Shown piece after piece: positions 13,401-30,030 of a stretch of 64,000 nt of DNA; the first letter of the stretch is position 1; every line of letters begins with the position of its first letter. A program made the position numbers and the translations under genes. The DNA is from Macrostomum lignano (taxonomy: Eukaryota): positions 248,296-312,295 of the forward strand of contig NIVC01000725.1 in the NCBI GenBank assembly GCA_002269645.1, written 5' to 3'. The notes below the pieces were generated by a model. That model saw only the letters and a list, made by a program, of their open reading frames with translations. It was not told the DNA's origin and made no database searches.

Positions 13401-16400
13401 CTCGCTCCTCTTTCGCTTCCCTCTCGCTCCCCTCTCGCTCCCCTCTCATTCCCTTCTAGTTCCCCTCCCGTTCCCCTCTCATTCCCCTCCCGTTCCCCTC
13501 TCATTCCCCTCTCGTTCCCCTCTCATTCCCCTCCCGTTCCCCTCTCGCTCCCCTCTCGTCCCCCTCTCATTCCCTTCCTGTTCTCCCGTTCCCCCAGCCT
13601 GCCTCTCTTTCTCTCCCAGCGGCAAGCCGCAGTTGTCTCACCAGTTTTGGGCTCCAAATCGGCTGGTTTCACCTGCATCGGGCGAGTCATCTGCGGGCGG
13701 AGCAAAGTGGGGATGGTTAATAGAGGGATAAACTGGGAATAAAATTGAGGGGTGATAATTTTGGGATTTCAAAGGCAAATTATGCTAGCGCAAGCTGGTG
13801 CCCGACTGAAGTCGGTCCTGCAGTAATCAGTGAACACGTTGCAGCTTGTCGCACCTGATAAGCATACAGCCCCCCAGGGCGGGGCACTTCGCATAATGAG
13901 AGCTCAAAGGGAATTTTATCCCATCTGTTTTTGGGATTAGCTTTTATTCGAAATTAAGATTAAAAACAGCCAGCTGCGAAGATGATCGACTTGAAATTCG
14001 CGTCAAAGGAGACGGGCGAAAGAGGCGGCTGGTCGGCTTTAATTATTTTATGGGCCCCCCCCCCGTGTCTTCAGGGCTGTCGTAGGGGGAAAAAGATGAG
14101 ATGGTCTTTTATTAATCCGTTATCAATTTCACTCGGAAATTAGATTTCATTGTGCAATAGCGATAAATAGAATTTGATAGAGATTGATGCAAATTGATTA
14201 AGATTGGTTGAGATTGATAGAAATTGATTGAGATCGATCGAGATTGATAGACATTGATAGAAATTGATAGACATTGATAGAAATTGATAGACATTGATAG
14301 AAATTGATAGAAATTGATAGACATTGATAGAAATTGATAGAAATTGATAGAAATTGATAGAAATTGATAGACATTGATAGACATTGATAGACATTGATAG
14401 ACATTGATAGAAATTGATAGACATTGATAGAAATTGATAGACATTGATAGAAATTGATAGACATTGATAGAAATTGATAGAAATTGATAGACATTGATAG
14501 AAATTGATAGAAATTGATAGACATTGATAGAAATTGATAGACATTGATAGAAATTGATAGACATTGATAGAAATTGATAGACATTGATAGAAATTTAGAG
14601 AGATTGATAGAGATTGATAGAGATTGATAGTGATTGATAGAGATTGATAAAGATTGGTAGAGATTGATAGAGATTGATAGAGATTGATAGAGATTGATAG
14701 AGATTGATAGAGATTGATAGAGATTGATAGAGATTGATAGAGATTGATAGAGATTGATAGAGATTGATAGAGATTGATAGAGATTGATAGAGATTGATAG
14801 AGATTGAAAGAGATTGATAGAGATTGATAGAGACTGATAGAGATTGATAGACATTGATAGAAATTTATAGAGATTGATAGAGATTGATAGAGATTGATAG
14901 AGATTGATAGAGATTGATAGTGATTGATAGAAATTGATACAGATTGATAGTGATTGGTAGAGATTGATAGAGGTTGGTAGAGATTGATAGAGATTGATAG
15001 ACATTGATAGAAATTGATACAGATTGATAGAGATTGATAGAGATTGATAGAGATTGATAGAGATTGATAGTGATTGATAGAAATTGATACAGATTGATAG
15101 TGATTGGTAGAGATTGATAGAGGTTGGTAGAGATTGATAGAGATTGATAGAGATTGATAGAGATTGATAGAGATTGATAGACATTGATAGAGATTGATAG
15201 AGACTGATAGAGATTGATAGACATTGATAGAAATTTATAGAGATTGATAGAGATTGATAGAGATTGATAGAGATTGATAGAGATTGATAGTGATTGATAG
15301 AAATTGATACAGATTGATAGTGATTGGTAGAGATTGATAGAGGTTGGTAGAGATTGATAGAGATTGGTAGAGATTGATAGAGATTGATAGAGATTGATAG
15401 TGATTGGTAGAGATTGATAGAGATTGATAGAGATTGATAGTGATTGATAGAGATTGATAGAGATTGATAGAGATTGATAGAGATTGATAGTGATTGGTAG
15501 AGATTGATAGAGGTTGATAGTGATTGATAGAGATTGATAGAGATTGATAGAGATTGATAGAGATTGATAGTGATTGGTAGAGATTGATAGAGATTGATAG
15601 AGATTGATAGAGATTGATAGAGATTGATAGAGATTGATAGACATTGATAGAGATTGATAGAGATTGATAGAAATTGATAGAGATTGATAGAGATTGGTAG
15701 AGATTGATAGAGATTGATAGAGATTGATAGAGATTGATAGTGATTGGTAGAGATTGATAGAGATTAATAGAGATTGATAGAGATTGATAGTGATTGGTAG
15801 AGATTGATAGAGATTGATAGAGATTGATAGAGATTGATAGAGATTGATAGAGATTGATAGAGATTGGTAGAGATTGATAGAGTTTGATAGACATTGATGG
15901 AAATTGATAGAGATTGATAGAGATCAATAGAGATTGATAGAGATTGACAGTCAAGATGGGGCAGCTGCAGGTAGTCAACTCCACTCACCCCCGGCAGGGT
16001 GCACTGGTCGTGCAGCACCGACTGACAGCGGATGGCGCTGTCCTTCTGGGCGAACGTCAGGAATGCGCAGCCTGCGGGTGGATCGGAGCGGCATAAATTT
16101 CTTGCACACCCCTGCCTGCCCTCTTGCACACCCCTGCCTACCCTTTTGCACACCCCTTGCCTTTCCCTCTTGCACACCCCTGCCTACCCTTTTGCACACC
16201 CCTTGCCTTTCCCTCTTGCACACCCCTGCCTACCCTTTTGCACACCCCTTGCCTTTCCCTCTTGCACACCCCTGCCTACCCTTTTGCACACCCCTTGCCT
16301 TTCCCTCTTGCACACCCCTGCCTACCCCTCTTGCACACCCCTGCCTACCCTTTTGCACACCCCTGCCTACCCCTCTTGCACACCCCTGCCTACCCTTTTG

Positions 16401-19400
16401 CACACCCCTGCCTACCCCTCTTGCACACCCCTGCCTACCCCTCTTGCACACCCCTGCCTACCCTTTTTCACACCCCTTGCCTTTCCCTCTTGCACACCCC
16501 TGCCTACCCTTTTGCACACCCCTTGCCTTTCCCTCTTGCACACCCCTGCCTACCCCTCTTGCACACCCCTGCCTACCCTTTTGCACACCCCTGCCTACCC
16601 TTTTGCACACCCCTGCCTACCCCTCTTGCACACCCCTGCCTACCCTTTTGCACACCCCTGCCTGCCCCTCTTGCATATCCCTGTCTACCCTCTTGCACAC
16701 CCCTGCCTACCCCTCTTGCATATCCCTGTCTACCCTCTTGCACACCCCTGCCTACCCCTCTTGCATATCCCTGTCTACCCTCTTGCACACCCCTGCCTGC
16801 CCCTCTTGCATATCCCTGTCTACCCTCTTGCACACCCCTGCCTGCCCCTCTTGCATATCCCTGTCTACCCTCTTGCACACCCCTGCCTGCCCCTCTTGCA
16901 CACCTGTGGAGATCTACCTGGTTCCAGAATGTTTCGGAGCGAGTTAATAAAGCTCATGTTTTATTAAAAATTGATTATTATCGACTAACAATTGAATTGT
17001 AGAGGTTGGCCATCCCGCAGCGGGATTAACGTAGGGAGCCTCCAGGAGCGGGGATCGAGTCCCACGCGCCGACTCTCCCACCTGAATAGCATATGCGGGA
17101 CAGCGGAAATGGCCTCTTAATTAAAATCCCGCCCCAACTCTGTCACCTCCGCGCAAAATTAATAAAGCAAGCTTGATGAGGCTCAGCGGAGGCTGGGGGC
17201 GGAAAAGGGAGTTGGAGCGCTTTTTTGACTGGAGCGGGAGGGGCTGTTATTTCCCTTTAATTCCCTCCGGATTTGGCATTCAACACGTGCCTCACGGATG
17301 CTGCGCGAAATGAGTAGCCTAAAATCCCCGCCCAATTCGAATCCTCCCAGGAAGATGTCTCGTGTTTCTCCCTTGCCTCTGCCAGCCTCGGCACGCCGGC
17401 CCGCATCCGATGCAGCCCTCGAGCCCCCCTGCCCTCTGCCACCAGACGATTGCGCACCTGGGCCCCCGCTCCGTTCTCAGGAAAATTGGCCATTAAGTTT
17501 CTTTTGAAACTGTATTGACGAAAGCAGATCATTTGCTGCTTCTGCCTTGCTGCTGCAGAAAAGCCGTCCTCCCATCACCCGCCCTCAGTTCTTCTCGTCA
17601 CCCGCCCTCAGCTCCTCCCGTCACCCTCCCTCAGCTCCTCCCGCCCCCCGCCCTCAGCTCCTCCCGTCACCCTCCCTCAGCTCCTTTCATCACCCGCCTC
17701 AGCTCCTCCCGCCCCCCGCCCTCAGCTCCTCCCGTCACCCTCCCTCAGCTCCTTTCATCACCCGCCTCAGCTCCTCCCGTCACCCGCCCTCAGCTCCTCC
17801 CGTCACCCGCCCTCAGCTCCTCCCGTCCTTCGCCCTCAGCTCCTCCCGTCACCCGCCCTCAGCTCCTCCCGTCCTTCGCCCTCAGCTCCTCCCGTCACCC
17901 GCCCTCAGCTCCTCCCGTCACCCGCCCTCAGCTCCACCCATCACCAGCCACCTGTCCTCTCCCCTCTCCCTCACCTGTCTCACACCTCTTTTCATGCCAA
18001 AATACCCTCCCACGACTCACCGCAGCAGCCCTGTATACCAAACACGCTTACTTTTCCTATATCATTCAAAGCTGATGCAGTGGAGAGACTGGGGAAGGAA
18101 TGAAGATCCTAAGTGCCTCTGTAATAACTAAAGGTTTCCTCACGGGACATGCGTGCGAGCAGAAGAGCAGAGGGTCCGGTCAGGAAGATTTGAGTAGAGA
18201 TCCGATTCGGGGTCAAGGGCGAGAGCTGTGTAAAAAACTGCATGGAGCCCCAGAGATTATCCACTAAATTTATTGTATTAAAAGTCCTCGCGATCCCCTT
18301 TTAAAAACTCTTTCATAAATAGGCAGCCCCCATCCAGTCGTGCATTCAATTTCTCCCTTTTTCTCCCTTTGTATCTACCCGAAACGTTTCTGGGGATTTG
18401 GAGCGAAACTGCATGCAAGACAATACAGCGGCTGAATCAGGACTTCAGTCTGCTGCAGTCACGGATGCGAGTTGCCGACCAAGCTGGGGACTCTGACTTT
18501 CATCCTCAAATCCCAAGGCCGTGCTCCTAGCATGCTCGCCCAAAAACCCATCATTTACAGCTGCTGACTCAGTCCGCCTCTCATCACATCTCTCACCCTA
18601 CCTCACCGAATCACGCTACCGCTCTCACCCTACCTCACTGCGTCACTACTCTACCGCTCTCACCCTACCTCACCGAATCACGCTACCGCTCTCACCCTAC
18701 CTCACCAAATTACGCTACCGCTCTTACCCTACCTCACCGAATCACGCTACCGCTCTCACCCTACCTCACCAAATTACGCTACCGCTCTTACCCTACCTCA
18801 CCGAATCACGCTACCGCTCTCACCCTACCTCACCAAATTACGCTACCGCTCTTACCCTACCTCACCGAATCACGCTACCGCTCTCACTCTACCTCACCGA
18901 ATCACGCTACCGCTCTCACCCTACCTCACTGCGTCACTCTACCGCTCTCACCCTACCTCACTGCGTCACGCCACCGCTCTCACCCTACCTCACCGAATCA
19001 CGCTATCGCTCTCACCCTACCTCACCAAATTACGCTACCGCTCTTACCCTACCTCACCGAATCACGCTACCGCTCTCACCCTACCTCACCGAATCACGCT
19101 AACGCTCTCACCCTACCTCACTGCGTCACTACTCTACCGCTCTCACCCTACCTCACCGAATCACGCTACCGCTCTCACCCTACCTCACCAAATTACGCTA
19201 CCGCTCTTACCCTACCTCACCGAATCACGCTACCGCTCTCACCCTACCTCACCAAATTACGCTACCGCTCTTACCCTACCTCACCGAATCACGCTACCGC
19301 TCTTACCCTACCTCACCGAATCACGCTACCGCTCTCACCCTACCTCACTGCGTCACTCTACCGCTCTCACCCTACCTCACTGCGTCACGCCATCGCTCTC

Positions 19401-21568
19401 ACCCTACCTCACCGAATCACGCTACCGCTCTCACCCTACCTCACCAAATCACGCTACCGCTCTTACCCTACCTCACCGAATCACGCTACCGCTCTCACCC
19501 TACCTCACCAAATCACGCTACCGCTCTTACCCTACCTCACCGAATCACGCTACCGCTCTCACCCTACCTCACCGAATCACGCTACCGCTCTCACCCTACC
19601 TCACCGAATCACGCTACCGCTCTCACCCTACCTCACTGCGTCACTCTACCACTCTCACCCTACCTCACTGCGTCACGCCATCGCTCTCACCCTACCTCAC
19701 CGAATCACGCTATCGCTCTCACCCTACCTCACTGCGTCACTACTCTACCGCTCTCACCCTACCTCACCGAATCACGCTACCGCTCTCACCCTACCTCACC
19801 AAATTACGCTACCGCTCTTACCCTACCTCACCAAATCGCGCTACCGCTCTCACCCTACCTCACCAAATTACGCTACCGCTCTTACCCTACCTCACCGAAT
19901 CACGCTACCGCTCTCACCCTACCTCACTGCGTCACTCTACCGCTCTCACCCTACCTCACTGCGTCACGCCACCGCTCTCACCCTACCTCACCGAATCACG
20001 CTATCGCTCTCACCCTACCTCACCAAATTACGCTACCGCTCTCACCCTACCTCACCGAATCACGCTACCGCTCTCACCCTACCTCACCGAATCACGCTAC
20101 CGCTCTCACCCTACCTCACCGAATCACACTACCGCTGTCACCCTACCTCACCGAATCACGCGACCGCTCTTACCCTACCTCACCGAATCACGCTACCGCT
20201 CTCACCCTACCTCACCGAATCACGCTACCGCTCTCACCCTACCTCACCGAATCACGCTACCGCTCTCACCCTACCTCACCGAATCACGCCACCGCTCTCA
20301 CCCTACCTCACCGAATCACGCTACCGCTCTTACCCTACCTCACCGAATCACGCTACCGCTCTCACCCTACCTCACCAAATCACGCTACCGCTCTTACCCT
20401 ACCTCACCGAATCACGCAACCGCTGTCACCCTACCTCACCGAATCACGCGACCGCTCTCACCCTACCTCACCGAATCACGCTACCGCTCTTACCCTACCT
20501 CACCTAATCACGCTACCGCTCTCACCCTACCTCACCAAATCACGCTACCGCTCTCACTCTACCTCACGGAATCACGCTACCGCTCTCACCCTACCTCACC
20601 GAATCACGCTACCGCTCTCACCTTACCTCACCGAATCACGCTACCGCTCTCACCCTACCTCACCGAATCACGCTACCGCTCTCACCCTACCCCACCGAAT
20701 CACGCCACCGCTGTAACCTACCTCACCGAATCACGCTACCGCTCTTACCCTACCTCACCGAATCACGCTACCGCTCTCACCCTACCTCACCAAATCACGC
20801 TACCGCTCTTACCCTACCTCACCGAATCACGCAACCGCTGTCACCCTACCTCACCGAATCACGCTACCGCTCTCACCCTACCTCACCGAATCACGCTACC
20901 GCTCTCACCCTACCTCACCAAATTACGCTACCGCTGTCACTCTACCTCACCGAATCACGCTACCGCTCTCACCCTACCTCACCGAATCACGCTACCGCTC
21001 TCACCCTACCTCACCAAATCACGCTACCGCTCTCACTCTACCTCACCGAATCACGCTACCGCTCTCACCCTACCTCACCGAATCACGCCACCGCTCTCAC
21101 CCTACCTCACCGAATCACGCGACCGCTCTCACCCTACCTCACCAAATCACGCTACCGCTCTCACCCTACCTCATTGCATCACTCTACCACTCTCACCCTA
21201 CCTCACTGCGTCACTCTACCACTCTCACCCTACCTCACTGCGTCACTCTACCACTCTCACCCTACCACTCAAACTATACGTTTCCTATTTCTTCACTTTA
21301 CTCCTTATACTCTGCCTAGCTCCGAAATTTTATCCTTCTCATTCTACATCAATCTTCACACAGCATCCGACAGCATCGCCTCACCCTTGTGTACTCCAGT
21401 CAGGCGGTCTCTGAGCACTGTCAGGTCCAGAATCTGTCCAAACTTCTCAAACATCGGGCGCAGCGACTCGGCGTCCATGCTGCGGGGTATCTGGCCAACG
21501 AAAAGCTTCATCAGCCTGGCCGGAGGCTGGGCCAGCACGAGCTCTTGGTTGTGACAGCTTGACAGCAT
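4443..21568 (-). CDS. CELF3-6: CELF/Bruno-like RNA-binding protein, CELF3-6 (bruno-3/unc-75) type, 3 RRMs, 474 aa; exons 21568-21385, 16071-15989, 13690-13642, 8493-8285, 7704-7546, 6920-6602, 4864-4443
   Basis: RRM1 KLFVGQIPR...HKGCAFLTF, linker [12 protein letters not shown]2 [20 protein letters not shown]...SKGCAFIKF...IVVKFAD, Q/P/A-rich divergent domain, RRM3 [13 protein letters not shown]...[11 protein letters not shown]...[11 protein letters not shown]. All introns are GT-AG with consistent phases (1,0,1,0,0,1), total 1425 nt. An in-frame stop lies upstream of ATG 21568. The acceptor at 4865 is weak, so that boundary is the least certain. Confidence 0.93.
4890..5575. repeat. 20-bp minisatellite CACAGGTGGACATTATGGCA (CELF intron 6)
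   Basis: Tandem units can be read directly. Confidence 0.92.
5775..6500. repeat. 22-bp minisatellite TGGGATTGATTATCTGGGGAAT (CELF intron 6)
   Basis: Tandem units can be read directly. Confidence 0.92.
6930..7450. repeat. ~23-bp minisatellite GGGATCAATTTGGGATCATAGAT (CELF intron 5)
   Basis: Tandem units, degenerate at the edges. Confidence 0.85.
7838..8270. repeat. 23-bp minisatellite GATTCAGGGAAGCAGTGAAGAAT (CELF intron 4)
   Basis: Tandem units can be read directly. The array begins about 15 nt from the donor. Confidence 0.92.
8721..9045 (-). CDS. Probable alternative first coding exon of the CELF gene (108 aa, replaces RRM1)
   Basis: ATG at 9045 in GCCACCATG context with an in-frame TAA just upstream. 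The exon ends at a perfect G|GTAAGT donor in phase 1, matching the phase-1 acceptor of the RRM2 exon at 8493. Confidence 0.7.
9820..10470. repeat. ~20-bp minisatellite CCGATTCACTCACTAAATCA (CELF intron 3)
   Basis: Degenerate tandem units. Confidence 0.88.
11330..12240. repeat. 12-bp minisatellite GCATCACTCTCT / GCATCACCCTCT (CELF intron 3)
   Basis: About 75 near-perfect units. Confidence 0.95.
12800..13600. repeat. 11-bp pyrimidine-rich minisatellite TCGTTCCCCTC (CELF intron 3)
   Basis: Tandem units can be read directly. Confidence 0.9.
14170..15950. repeat. 10-bp minisatellite AGAGATTGAT filling CELF intron 2
   Basis: About 175 units with variant blocks (AGAAATTGAT, AGACATTGAT). Confidence 0.95.
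16100..16905. repeat. ~22-23 bp minisatellite TGCACACCCCTGCCTACCCCTCT (CELF intron 1)
   Basis: Tandem units end about 30 nt from the exon-2 acceptor. Confidence 0.92.
17565..17950. repeat. 23-bp minisatellite CGCCCTCAGCTCCTCCCGTCACC (CELF intron 1)
   Basis: Tandem units can be read directly. Confidence 0.9.
18590..21265. repeat. 32-bp minisatellite CTCACCCTACCTCACCGAATCACGCTACCGCT (CELF intron 1), ~2.7 kb
   Basis: About 80 units, period 32 checked at 20041/20073. Confidence 0.95.
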
Positions 21569-21844
21569 TGTGATTTGGGTAAAAAGACTCGACTGTCTGC
21601 CTCTGTCTCAGTCACTGAGGACTCATCAGAAAATTTGATACTCCAGTCTGAGAGGCAACATTTCTTGAGGAGAGCGGATGTTCCACAGCAGAGGAACTCG
21701 ATTGGGCCACCGCCGCGATTGGCTCGCAGTTTCTGCTTCTAAAAGGCTCAAGCAAATCGTTGGCAGTTCATCTTTTTATATTGCAAAGGTGAAGCTATCT
21801 TTTCATTAGAGAAGTCAAATGGCAGCCTCTTGCTGTTGAAGAGC

Positions 21845-22715
21845 AGAGAAGAAAGGAGGCTTGAAGGGTGGGAGAAGAAGGGGTTTGAAGGGTAGAGAAA
21901 AGGGAGGGTTGAAGGGTAAAGAAGAAGCGAAGCTTGAAGGTAGGGAGAAGAAGGGAGACTTGAAGGGTAGAGAAGAAAGGAGGGTTGAAGGGTAGAGAAG
22001 AAGGGAGGGTTGAAGGGTAGAGAAGAAGGGAGGCTTGAAGGGAGGGAGAAGAAGGGAGGCTTAAAGGGTAGAGAAGAAGGGAGGCTTGAAGGGAGGGAGA
22101 AGAAGGGAGGCTTAAAGGGAGGGAGAAGAAGGGAGGCTTGAAGCGTAGAGAAGAAGGGAGGCTTGAAGCGTAGAGAAGAAGGGAGGCTTGAAGGGAGAGA
22201 GAAGAAGGGAGGCTTGAAGAGTAGAGAAGAAGGGAGGCTTGAAGGGAGAGAGAAGAAGGGAGGCTTGAAGAGTAGAGAAGAAGGGAGGCTTGAAGCGTAG
22301 AGAAGAAGGGAGGCTTGAAGGGTAGAGAAGAAGGGAGGCTTGAAGGGAGAGAGAAGAAGGGAGGCTTGAAGAGTAGAGAAGAAGGGAGGCTTGAAGAGTA
22401 GAGAAGAAGGGAGGGTTGAAGGGTAAAGAAGAAGGGAGGCTTGAAGGGTAGAGAAGAAGGGAGGGTTGAAGGGTAGAGAAGAAGGGAGGGTTGAAGGGTA
22501 GAGAAGAAGGGAGGCTTGAAGCGTAGAGAAGAAGGGAGGCTTGAAGGGTAGAGAAGAAGGGAGGCTTGAAGGGAGAGAGAAGAAGAGAGGCTTGAAGAGT
22601 AGAGAAGAAGGGAGGCTTGAAGGGTAAAGAAGAAGGGAGGCTTGAAGGGTAGAGAAGAAGGGAGGCTTGAAGCGTGGAGAAGAAGGGAGGGTTGAAGGGT
22701 AGAGAAGAAGGGAGG
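21845..22715. repeat. 25-bp purine-rich minisatellite GAAGGGTAGAGAAGAAGGGAGGCTT
   Basis: Tandem units can be read directly. Confidence 0.92.
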
Positions 22716-23161
22716 GTGGGCGGATAAATCCACAGGGTGCAAGGCGGAGTTCATATATTACAGAGAGGCATTACAATTCAAGATTCAAGTAATTAACGAG
22801 TCACAAAACAGGCGGATTCGCGGCACAGCAGAGCAACCCGAGACGGAGAAGCCAACCTTCCGTTCTTCCGTGACAGAAATCCCGGCCTGCGAGGCTGAAC
22901 TTCCTGCCGCTTCAAGCAGTCCCGTTTCCCTCTCACTCTCTCCCTCACTCACTGCCGCTTACGGCGGCTCGTTGTGTCAAAGCGCGTTTTGATTTCAATG
23001 AGCTCAGAAACAAAGAGACAGGTTGTAGCGAGCTGCAGAATAAGAGCTGGCCCGTGCTGAGACTGCGGCTGTCTCCTGACCCCATCCTTCTCAGGGCGTT
23101 CCACTGCTTGCATTGCAAACAGCTTTTCCTGCTCAAGGCTCGGCGATTCGTTACTGCAGCT

Positions 23162-25650
<2,489 letters not shown>

Positions 25651-26674
25651 CTCTGCAGCCCGAAAACCGGACAATGTGCCTCACCCAGAAACCATGCCGA
25701 AATCGCCGAAGCCCAGGAGAGGCTGCTGGCCCAGATGGGGAGCTCATTTACCCCCGCAGGCTTCAGGCCATCTTAGCCGCCTCTCCCAGGCAATTCGCGC
25801 CCACTTGAAGCCACGTGGCTGCAGCTGCAGCTGCCATGAGGAATCCAATCTCTACATGCCACAGGTGCAACTCGGGTCAGAATTAATTCCTAATAATTTC
25901 ACAGCACAGCAGCGCCAGCAGCATTCTCGCCAAGGTCTGACATCCTCTGCCTCAACGTGGCGTTCACAGCCCCGCAGCGCCTTAGTTCTGGGGGTCTTTT
26001 GCACGTCTAACTCCCGCTTTCAATCTGCTAAACCCAATTACACCAATGCCCTTATTTACTCAATTCACACAGTTCAATCGATTCACGCAATTCACCCTAT
26101 TAACTTTATTCACAACATTCACTTACTCATCTATTTACCACATTCACCTCATTCACCTCATTCACCTAGTAATCACATTCACATAAATCATTCATTCACC
26201 ACATTCACTACATTTATCCCCATTCACAGTATTCACTTATTCATCCTTTCACCACATTCACTTCATTCACCTATTCATCACATTCACTTAAATAAACGAT
26301 TCACAACATTCACTTACTCATCCATTCACCACATTCACTAATTTACCACATTCTCAAAATTTATCCCCATTAATCCATTCACTATGTGACGCCTCATGGT
26401 TGCGCCACTTTTGATGCGTTTCTACTGACAAGTTTTTTAATGTACAAGTACAACTGTACTTACTGATCAAAGGCGTGGAGCCCTGCCCGGCCGGCCAGCG
26501 TGAGCTGTTTTAGCTTATTGGACTTGAATGTGATCTTTTTTTTGCACGGCACGTTGCCCGTCACTTGCGTGTCACAATATAAATATCATAGAAGAGGCTT
26601 GATGGCGTTAACAAGTCGTGAATCTCAGCCTAACAAAGTTGACTCTGAGTTTTTAATACGGAGCGATAAACGAC

Positions 26675-27220
26675 ATTCACCCCATTCACCCATTCACCAA
26701 ATTTACCCCAATTCACCGCATTCATCTTATTCTCCGTTATTCACCCCATTCACCCACTCACCCCATTTATGCCATTCACCGCATTCACCGTTATTCACCA
26801 TCATTCACCCCGTTGACCCCATTCACTATCATTCACCCCATTCATCCCATTCATCCCATTCATCCCATTCATCCCATTCATCCCATTCAACCCTCAACTA
26901 CATTCACCCTCATTCACCATCATTCAGCCCATTCATCCCATTCATCCCATTCATCCCATTCAACCCTCAACTACATTCACCCTCATTCACCATCATTCAG
27001 CCCATTCATCCCATTCATCCCATTCATCCCATTCAACCCTCAACTACATTCACCCTCATTCACCATCATTCAGCCCATTCATCCCATTCATCCCATTCAT
27101 CCCATTCAACCCTCAACTACATTCACCCTCATTCACCATCATTCAGCCCATTCATCCCATTCATCCCATTCATCCCATTCATCCCATTCATCCCATTCAT
27201 CCCATTCATCCCATTCAACC
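26675..27220. repeat. 9-bp CCCATTCAT repeat with a higher-order unit
   Basis: Tandem units can be read directly. Confidence 0.88.
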
Positions 27221-27289
27221 ATCAACAACATTCAGTGCTGTAACAATGAATTTAATGAACAGTGCTGTGACATTATTTAGGGGAGTAGC

Positions 27290-28705
27290 TTCCCTCTCTC
27301 CCCTCTGCCTCTCACTCTCCCTCACTCCCCTCTGCCTCTCACTCTCCCTCACTCCCCTCTGCCTCTCACTCTCCCTCACTCGCCTCTGCCTCTCACTCTC
27401 CCTCTCACTCTCCCTCTCACTCTCCCTAACTCCCCTCTGCCTCTCACTCTCCCTCTCACTCTCCCTCTCACTCTCCCTAACTCCCCTCTGCCTCTCACTC
27501 TCCCTCTCACTCTCCCTCTCACTCTCCCTAACTCCCCTCTGCCTCTCACCCTCCCTCTCACTCTCCCTCACTCCCCTCTGCCTCTCACTCTCCCTCTCTC
27601 CCCTCTGCCTCTCACTCTCCCTCTCACTCTCCCTCTCACTCTCCCTCTCACTCTCCCTAACTCCCCTCTGCCTCTCACTCTCCCTCTCACTCTCCCTCTC
27701 ACTCTCCCTCTCACTTTCCCTCACTCCCCTCTGCCTCTCACTCTCCCTCTCACTCTCCCTCTCACTCTCCCTCTCACTCTCCCTCTCACTCTCCCTCTCA
27801 CTCTCCCTCTCACTCTCCCTCTCACTCTCCCTCTCACTCTCCCACTCTCCCCTCTGCCTCTCATTCTCCCTCTCTCCCCTCTGCCTCTCACTCTCCCTCT
27901 CTCCCCTCTGCCTCTCATTCTCCCTCTCTCCCCTCTGCCTCTCACTCTCCCTCTCTCCCCTCTGCCTCTCACTCTCCCTCTCTCCTCTCTGCCTCTCACT
28001 CTCCCTCTCTCCCCTCTGCCTCTCACTCTCCCTCTCACTCTCCCTCTCACTCTCCCTCTCACTCTCCCTAACTCCCCTCTGCCTCTCACTCTCCCTCTCA
28101 CTCTCCCTCTCACTCTCCCTCTCACTCTCCCTCACTCCCCTCTGCCTCTCACTCTCCCTCTCACTCTCCCTCTCACTCTCCCTCTCACTCTCCCTCTCTC
28201 CCCTCTGCCTCTCATTCTCCCTCTCTCCCCTCTGCCTCTCACTCTCCCTCTCTCCCCTCTGCCTCTCACTCTCCCTCTCTCCTCTCTGCCTCTCACTCTC
28301 CCTCTCTCCCCTCTGCCTCTCACTCTCCCTCTCTCCCCTCTGCCTCTCACTCTCCCTCTCTCCCCTCTGCCTCTCACTCTCCCTCTCTCCCCTCTGCCTC
28401 TCACTCTCCCTCTCTCCCCTCTGCCTCTCACTCTCCCTCTCTCCCCTCTGCCTCTCACTCTCCCTCTCTCCCCTCTGCCTCTCACTCTCCCTCTCTCCCC
28501 TCTGCCTCTCACTCTCCCTCTCTTATCTCCTCTCCCTCTCCCTCTCTCTCTCTCTCACTCTTGCTCTCATTTTCACTCTCCCTCTCTCCCCTCTGCCTCT
28601 CACTCTCCCTCTCTCCCCTCTGCCTCTCACTCTCCCTCTCTCCCCTCTGCCTCTCACTCTCCCTCTCTTATCTCTTCTCCCTCTCCCTCTCTCTCTCTCA
28701 CTCTT
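27290..28705. repeat. CT-rich 12/27-bp composite repeat (CTCTCACTCTCC; CTCTGCCTCTCACTCTCCCTCTCTCCC)
   Basis: Tandem units can be read directly. Confidence 0.92.
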
Positions 28706-29279
28706 GCTCTCATTTTTACTCTCCCTCTTTCTGGACTTTCTGCCATTTCTTCTTTTCTTCCTAACCCAAATTTTGCAAATTCTTTCATTTAAAATTTTAA
28801 TGGATTCCAACGCGGGCCAGAAGCAGAGCAGAAGTTGAGCTGAGAACAGCTGAGCAAATTCTGTTCCAAACAGTAAGTCGTCAACTACTTGACAACCCGC
28901 TGCCAGAATCCAGGCAGCCTCATCCTCAAGTGCGTGACCCTCTGCTCATCGACTCCCATAACGAGTCCCAGATTCGAGCCTTGGCCACGCAAGTAACAGC
29001 GGCAGCGGCGGCAGCTACAGTCGAAGGGCGAGAGGGGTGTGTGGGTCGCCATCTCGTCGCACATTGCTGCTTTTGATACGTTTTGAGAGGATCAGCTTTC
29101 GGCACAAAAGGCTGCAGCGGCGGCTGCTACATATCTAAAGGAAAATTATTTTTTTGTAGTTAAACTGAATAGTTCAGTGACTGAGGTACTGACTGTACTA
29201 CCTCAGTTGGATGACCAAACTTAGAAATTCTCAGCAGAGTGACTCAATCAGCGAGTACTTTCAGATATATATTCCCTCC

Positions 29280-30030
29280 TGACTCTGGTCACTCATGACT
29301 CTTGTCACTCCTGACTCTTGTCACTCCTGACTCTTGTCATTCCTGACTCTTGTCACTCTTGACTCTTTTCACTCCTGACTCTCAAATCCTGACTCTTGTC
29401 ACTCATGACTCTTGTCACTCCTGACTCTTGTCACTCCTGACTCTTTTCGCTCCTGACTCTCGTCACTGCTGACTCTTGTCACTCCTGACTCTTTTCACTG
29501 CTGACTCTTGTCACTGCTGACTCTTGTCACTCCTGACTCTTGTCACTTCTGACTCTTGTCACTCCTGACTCTTCGCACTCCTGACTCTAGTCACTTCTGA
29601 ATCTTGTCACTTCTGACTCTTTTCGCTCCTGACTCTTCTCACTTCTGACTCTTGTCACTCCTGACTCTTCGCACTCCTGACTCTAGTCACTTCTGAATCT
29701 TGTCACTTCTGACTCTTTTCGCTCCTGACTCTTCTCACTTCTGACTCTTGTCACTCCTGACTCTTCGCACTCCTGACTCTCGTCACTGCTGCCTCTTGTC
29801 ACTCCTAACTGTTGTCACTTCTGACTCTTGTCACTCCTGACTCTTTTCACTGCTGACTCGTTTCACCTTCTGACTCTTGTCACTCCTGACTCTTCTCACT
29901 CCTGACTCTTCTCACTTCTGACTCTTCTGACTCCTGACTCTTTTCACTTATGACTCTTGTCACTCTTGACTCTCAAATCCGGACTCTTCGCACTCCTGAC
30001 TCTTGTCACTCCTGACTCTGTTCACTTCTG
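29280..30030. repeat. 16-bp minisatellite CTGACTCTTGTCACTC
   Basis: Tandem units can be read directly. Confidence 0.92.

Noticed and set aside
17004-17074. 71-nt tRNA-like fold (GGTTGGC/GCCGACT stem, GGATCGAGTCC T-loop-like motif)
   Set aside because: No anticodon stem can be formed, the T-stem needs a bulge, and there is no A-box. tRNAscan-SE or Infernal would settle it.
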